Assembly: GCA_905178155.1 (NCBI GenBank)
Contig: CAJINV010000007.1
Location: 154,663 to 218,662, forward strand
Direction: 5' to 3'
Origin: Amoebophrya sp. A120
Taxonomy: Eukaryota > Protista > Dinoflagellata
DNA length: 64,000 nucleotides
Position 1 is the stretch's first letter, and every line of letters begins with the position of its first letter. Both the position numbers and the translations under genes were made by a program. Shown here in pieces: positions 24,301 to 30,300 of the stretch. The notes beneath the pieces are model-generated. The model was given only the letters and a program-made list of their open reading frames with translations, searched no databases and was not told the origin of the DNA.

Positions 24301-27300
24301 TTCATCTGCGTCTATCAAATGCAAATGTGTCTGGGTCTGGAAGGGTCGGGGCTTGTCATGCACATTTTGCATCACCCGTGAGGTCTGTGATGCAGGTGCT
24401 AGCATCACAGATTTTTCGAGAGCTTCTCGATGCTAATTACGCATGAAAAATGCCCTCTCCGCGTGCCAAGAACTGAGTCCTCATGCTGCTCATGCAACAC
24501 AGATATTTTTAGAATCTGCAGACAGCATTACAAGTTGCATTCTTCCAGACCCAGACATATTTGCATTTGATAGCGTCTCCTTCTGTTTGAACTTCTTTTC
24601 CAACTCTCGCTCCAGCTGCTATCCTGAGCAAAAGCATCCCCACTCCATACCCATAGCTGTCATGCAGATTTGCATCTACCGAAACATTTGTAATGCGGGT
24701 CCCCATGAGAGGCATGATTTCTAGTCGTGTTTTGGATTTTGTAATGCTGGAAACAGGATGAGCAGATGGATTTGTGATGCGGCTGTTCTTACTAACGTGC
24801 ACTACTACACTACGGACTGCAACTTGTCATGCGTGGCTCCCAAAACTTCTAGATTTGTGTTGCTATCATTTAAGTTCCCAACTTGACTTTGGGGTGGGGA
24901 CTTTTTTACACAGGATAGCTGCTCCGAGTTATTCTCGAGTTCCAACTTCCGCTTTTGGAGATTTTTCTCGATCTGTTCCAGTTCCTCCCGTCTTTCCGCC
25001 AACTCGATGTCTTTCTGCTTCATATCAAATGTAAAAATGTCTGGGTCTGGAAGGTTACCAGGTTTGTCATGCATACATTACATGACTTAGGACGTCTGTC
25101 ATGGAAGCCCTAGCAGCACAGATTTTTAGAGGCCTTCCTGATGCCTATTCCGCATGACAAATGCCCTCCCCGCGTAGCACAGACTGGGCTCCTATTGCTG
25201 GTCATGACGCAATACAGATTTTTTTAGAGTCAAAAGTTAGCATCACAAGTTCCAACCTTCCAGACCCAGACATTTTTACATTTGATACTTCAAGTTGTGC
25301 AGCAACTTTTTCTCTTTCGTGGAAAACTCAAGGAGCAGATGCTCCTCGCGAGCGTTCAGATCTTGTTCCTTCGCTTGCAACTGCTTCTGAAGCTTGTCGT
25401 GGTTCTCTTGCTGGAGCGAAGCCTCTTGGAACTGCTGGTGGAGCTTCTGTTTCTCGAGGGAGCGGGTCTGCTGGAGCTGGTCATACTCCTGCTATCAAAT
25501 GTAAAAATGTCTGGGTCTGGATGTCATGCATGTTTGTCATGCTTGTCTGGCATGGCACTCAAATCTGTGATGCGCGTTACATAAGAGCGCCACTTTTCTG
25601 TCATGCAGAAGCGCAGTTTGTCATGCAGAATAGGCAACACCTAGAAGCTCAGACACTTGTCATGCTAAGGCAGCACTTGTGGCCTCCTCATGATACGCCA
25701 CCCAGCATCACAAGTTTCCAGACCCAGACATTTTTACGGTTGATACCTGCTGGTGCTTGCGTAGTTCCAGGTCGAGGTCGGCCTGATTTTTTGACAGATT
25801 CGGTTTCTGTGAGATCTTTGCCATACGTTTTTTTCCACATGAGAAACTGCCTCTCGGCTTGCTCAAGAGTGGATAGCTTCATTGGTAATCACGCAACACA
25901 TTTTTGCATGATTCACATTTAGCATGAGAAGTTGTACTCTTCGTCTTCCAGAGGACCCAAACATATTTGCAATGCGTATACCTTTTTCCTCTCCCATTCC
26001 TGCCGTTGTCCTTCCAAAACCCCCTGTGCCTCGAGCTGCTCTTGCTGTAGCTTCTTCGCGCTTTCCGTTTTCCACTCGGACATTTTCAACTCAAACTCCC
26101 GCTGCAGGGCTTGCTTCGTCAGCTCGAGGTCCGCATCCCGGTTGACTTTCTCCCTCTCCGTGTCTTATCAAATGCAGAAGTGTCTGGGTCTGGGAGGATG
26201 GAACTTGTGATGCGTCCTGTGGGTCACGCAAAAATCTGTGTTGCGTGAGCACCAAAAGTTGTCCTTTTTTGACCAACATGACTATGACATGAGCGGGAGT
26301 TTCTCATGCATGATAGGCATGATAGAGACTTCGCAGAGTCTGTCATGCTAGCTCCTGCATTGCAGACCTCATGGGGTATGAAAATATGCATGACAAGTCT
26401 GCATTCTTCCAGACCCAGACATTTCTGCATTTGATATGTCTTCTTCGATCGCAAGTTGCTTTTTTTGAAAAAGCTCTTTCTCCTGCACAAACAGCGCCTG
26501 CTCTTGCTTCAACGTTGTCATATCAACTGCAAAAATGTCTGGGTCTGGAAACTTGCGATGCAAGTTAGGGAAAAATGCGCATACTGTAATGCACTGCCAA
26601 GCATGACAAGTTTTTCCGTGGTTCAGAGTTGCGTACCCCGCATGAGAAATTGCGTTTTTGCATGACAGGCAAGAGAAGCCCCTTGCGGCCACGCAATACA
26701 GAGCTCAGAGTCATGCCGGACTAGCATGACAAATCCCGGAATCTTCCAGACCCAGACGCTTTTGCATTTGATATGTCAAGTCGCTTTGCAAGTTCGTTTT
26801 CTCCTTTTCCAGCAAATCCATGTTTTTCAGCAACTCCCGCTCCGCCTGCTGCGCGTCCTGTGCAAAAGTATCGCACTCGTACTGATTCCAGTTTATGCAT
26901 GAGAAATTTTCTTTCCAAGGTATTAAAACAGCATGACAAATCCAATTTTTCACGCTGAGAAAATTTGTAATGCAATTTATACTAGTACGATGCTTTTGCA
27001 ATTCATACTGCGCGTCCTCCTGCAGCTGTTGCTTTTCGAACAGGACCTGTTCGTGTTCCTTTTCGATTTCTTTCCGTTTCGCCTCCAATTTTTCGTCAAA
27101 GATTTGTTTCTGGTGGTCGGAGAAAGCGGCTCTTTCCTCCTCGAACATCTTATGAATTGCAAAAATGTCTGGGTCTGGAAGATTGCAACTTGTCATGGTA
27201 AATCTGAAACATGCAAAAATCTGTGTTGCATGAGTGCCAAAAGCTGTACACTTTTGACCAAGTTGGAAGGGAGTTTCTCATGCAGGATAGGCATGATAGG

Positions 27301-30300
27301 GATCTCACAGAATGTCTGTCATGCTAAGTCCCGCATTCCAGACCTCATGGGTCATGGAAAATCTGCATGACAAGTCTACACTTTACCAGACCCAGACATT
27401 TTTACATTTGATACATCTTTCTCTTCTGCGACAACTCTTCTTCGAAGTTCTTTTGCATCAGGTGGAGCTCAGACTGTTTCCTTTGCTCTTTTTCATCTAG
27501 CTCGAAATCTACCTGTTTCGCCTTCTTCTCAAACTCCGCTTCCAGCTCCCGTTTGCGCTTCTTGATCGATTCCTGGACTTCCCGCTCTCTCTCTTCCGCC
27601 ATGAGCCGGTCCTTTCGGTCCCTTTGCTCGCGCTCCGACGCGAAGGCGCGACGCTCGCGTTCCAGTTGCTCCCGCTCCTCAGTGAATTCCCGCTGCTTGC
27701 CAGCTTCGAGTTGCGTCAAATGTTCCAGCGCGCGGGTCTTCTCGCGCTCTAAATGTTTTTTTTCATCTTCCAGTAGCTTTTTCTCATTTTCGACTGCTAG
27801 AACATTCTGCTCCTTCTCCTGCTCTAGCTGCTTTTTCATGTTCTGGACCTGCAGCTCCGCGTTTTCTTTCTCAAACAGCAATTTCTGTTTCTCCGTGTTC
27901 AGTAAAACGTCGACTTGCTGCTTCTCCGCGGCAATTTGCTCCTTCGCGCGAGTTAAGAAGTCACTCGCTTCTTCCGCTCCCCGCTGCTGAATCTCCTCCC
28001 GCAGTTTCTCCAAATTTGATTTCTCGCTGTCCGATAATTGCGACAACCGAATTTTCTCTTCCTGTAGCCGCTTCTTTTCCTCCTGGATTTCGATTTCTAG
28101 CTGCTTTCTGCTGCAGGAAAATTCGGATTCTAGCTTTTCCCTTTCGGTATCCAATTTCTTCTGCAGCAAGACCGATTCCTCCTGCAGATTTGTTAAAAGT
28201 TTCTCCTTTTCTTGCTCCAACTGCTTCTCGCAATTTTTCTCCAGTTGCTTCTTCTTCGTCTCGAAAAGCAGTTCGAATTCCTTCTCCTTTTCCGAGAGTA
28301 ATTTTTGCATCTCCAGCTTCTCCTGCTGGCACTGCTTCGCCCAGTTTGCGTTTTTCACTTGAAACCCATTCTCCGCCTCGTCCATATAGGCGGCGAACTT
28401 TTTCTTCTCCTCCTTGGCCTGCTCTTTCCAAGTTTGCTTCTCGTGTTGAAAAGACGACTCTTGGCTTTCCAGGTCCTTCTGTTTCCGGACGAACTCTTGT
28501 TCCAAATCAGTGAGCCGCTGGTCGCTATTTGCGTTGAGTTGCGCCAGTTGAAAATCGAAGTCCTGTTGCAGTTTCTGCTTCTTCTGCTTCCAGTGGTCCT
28601 GGAATTCTTGCTCCTTCGCATCGAAATCCGAGATCAATTTCTCTTTCAAATCTTGCAGCTCTTTCTCGTCCTTTTTTCGCTTCTCCTGCAGTTCCTTTTC
28701 GCACTCGTCCATGATGGAGATCTTCTCCTCCTGTTCCTGCTCAAAGGCCTGCTTGATCTTCGCAAACTTCAGCTTTTCGTTCGCGAGGACCGCTTTCTCG
28801 GTTTTCAGGTCGTCCTTCAGCTGTTCTATGCTGTGCAAAAGTATCGTACTCGTATAAATGCATGACAAATTTCCTCAGCATGAGAGATAAAATTTGTAAT
28901 GCGGATTTACCTTAAGAGCAAGATTTGTAATGCATGAATGCGATTACTACGAGTACGATACTTTTGCACAGGATATGTTCGTGTTGGTCGTCGATCTGCT
29001 CCAGCTCGGATTTCTTCGAAAGCAGTTCTTCTTATCCTAAGCAAAAACGTCCCCACCCCATAGTCTTCAAGTTGGGAATCTAGGAACACAAGTCTCCAAG
29101 TTTTGGCAGCTGCGCATCACAAGCTTCCCTCTGCAGTGTAGTGCTGATTGGCATCAGAAGCCGCATCAGAAAGCCACTTTCACATCCTGGTTACAGCATT
29201 ACAAATTCCGAAACACGATTTTTAGAAATTCCTGTCATGAAGCTGCGCATTACAAATCGATTCCTGTCATTGCACATTTGCATGACAACTCTGGTGTGCG
29301 GACCGATTTTTACTCAGGATACTTGTTTCACGTTGTTCAGCTCGTCCCACTCAACCTGCAATTCCTTCTCGTTACGTTGCTTTTCCTCGTGCATTTTGCT
29401 CTATGCATTGCAAAAGGAGCATCGCACCAGGGCCAGCATGAGCATAAATTGCATTTGCATGACAAACTTTCTCAACGAGAATAATATAGTTGGAATTCGA
29501 ATTTGTAATGCTGGTAAGGTATTAGAAACTTGCTTTGCCCTGCAAGACTCTGCACTTAGTACGAGCGCGACACAACTTTTGCAGTAGATATGTCCAACTT
29601 CTTCACGATGTCCAGCCGCTTGTCCTCGAGCACTATCCTGTGTAAAAGCATCCCCACCCCAAAGTTGTCATGCAGATCTGCAAGCACAAGAGCATTTGTA
29701 ATGCGCATGATCCCCATGAGTGGCATTTCCCATTGCGTTTTGGAACTTGTAATGCTCTAAACAGGATAAGGAGATGGATTTGTTATGTTGCGGCTTCCCT
29801 TACTAAACTGCATTTTTACATTTCAGCCTGCAACTTGTCATGCGTAGCGCCCAAAAGTTCAAGGTTTGTGTTGCAAAATTCCCCATCTTGACTACTCTGG
29901 GGTCGTGGGAACGTTTTTACAAATGATAAACATCTGTTTTTCTTTCTTCATCTGGTCGAAATCGTTTTCCACCGCAATGCGGCGCTTGTGTAGTTTATCA
30001 AATGCAAAAGTGTCTGGGTCTGGAATGTTGCCGGGTTTGTCATGCATATTTTGCATGACCCAGGATGTCTGCAATGCATGGCCTAGCATCACAGATTTTT
30101 AGAGGGATTCCCGAAGCCTATTCCGCATGACAAATGCCCTCCCCGCGTAGCACAAACTAGACTCCTCTTGCTGAAGATCATCCAATACAGATTTTTTTAG
30201 AGTCCAAAGTTACCATCACAAGTTCCAACTTTCCAGACCCAGACATTTTTGCAATCCATATAGTTTTTCCTTTTCGGATTCCAAATTGTTCACGACGTGC

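Noticed and set aside
793-28865. Plus-strand ORFs rich in S/C/F/L
   Set aside because: Antisense shadows of E/K/Q-rich minus-strand coding sequence.
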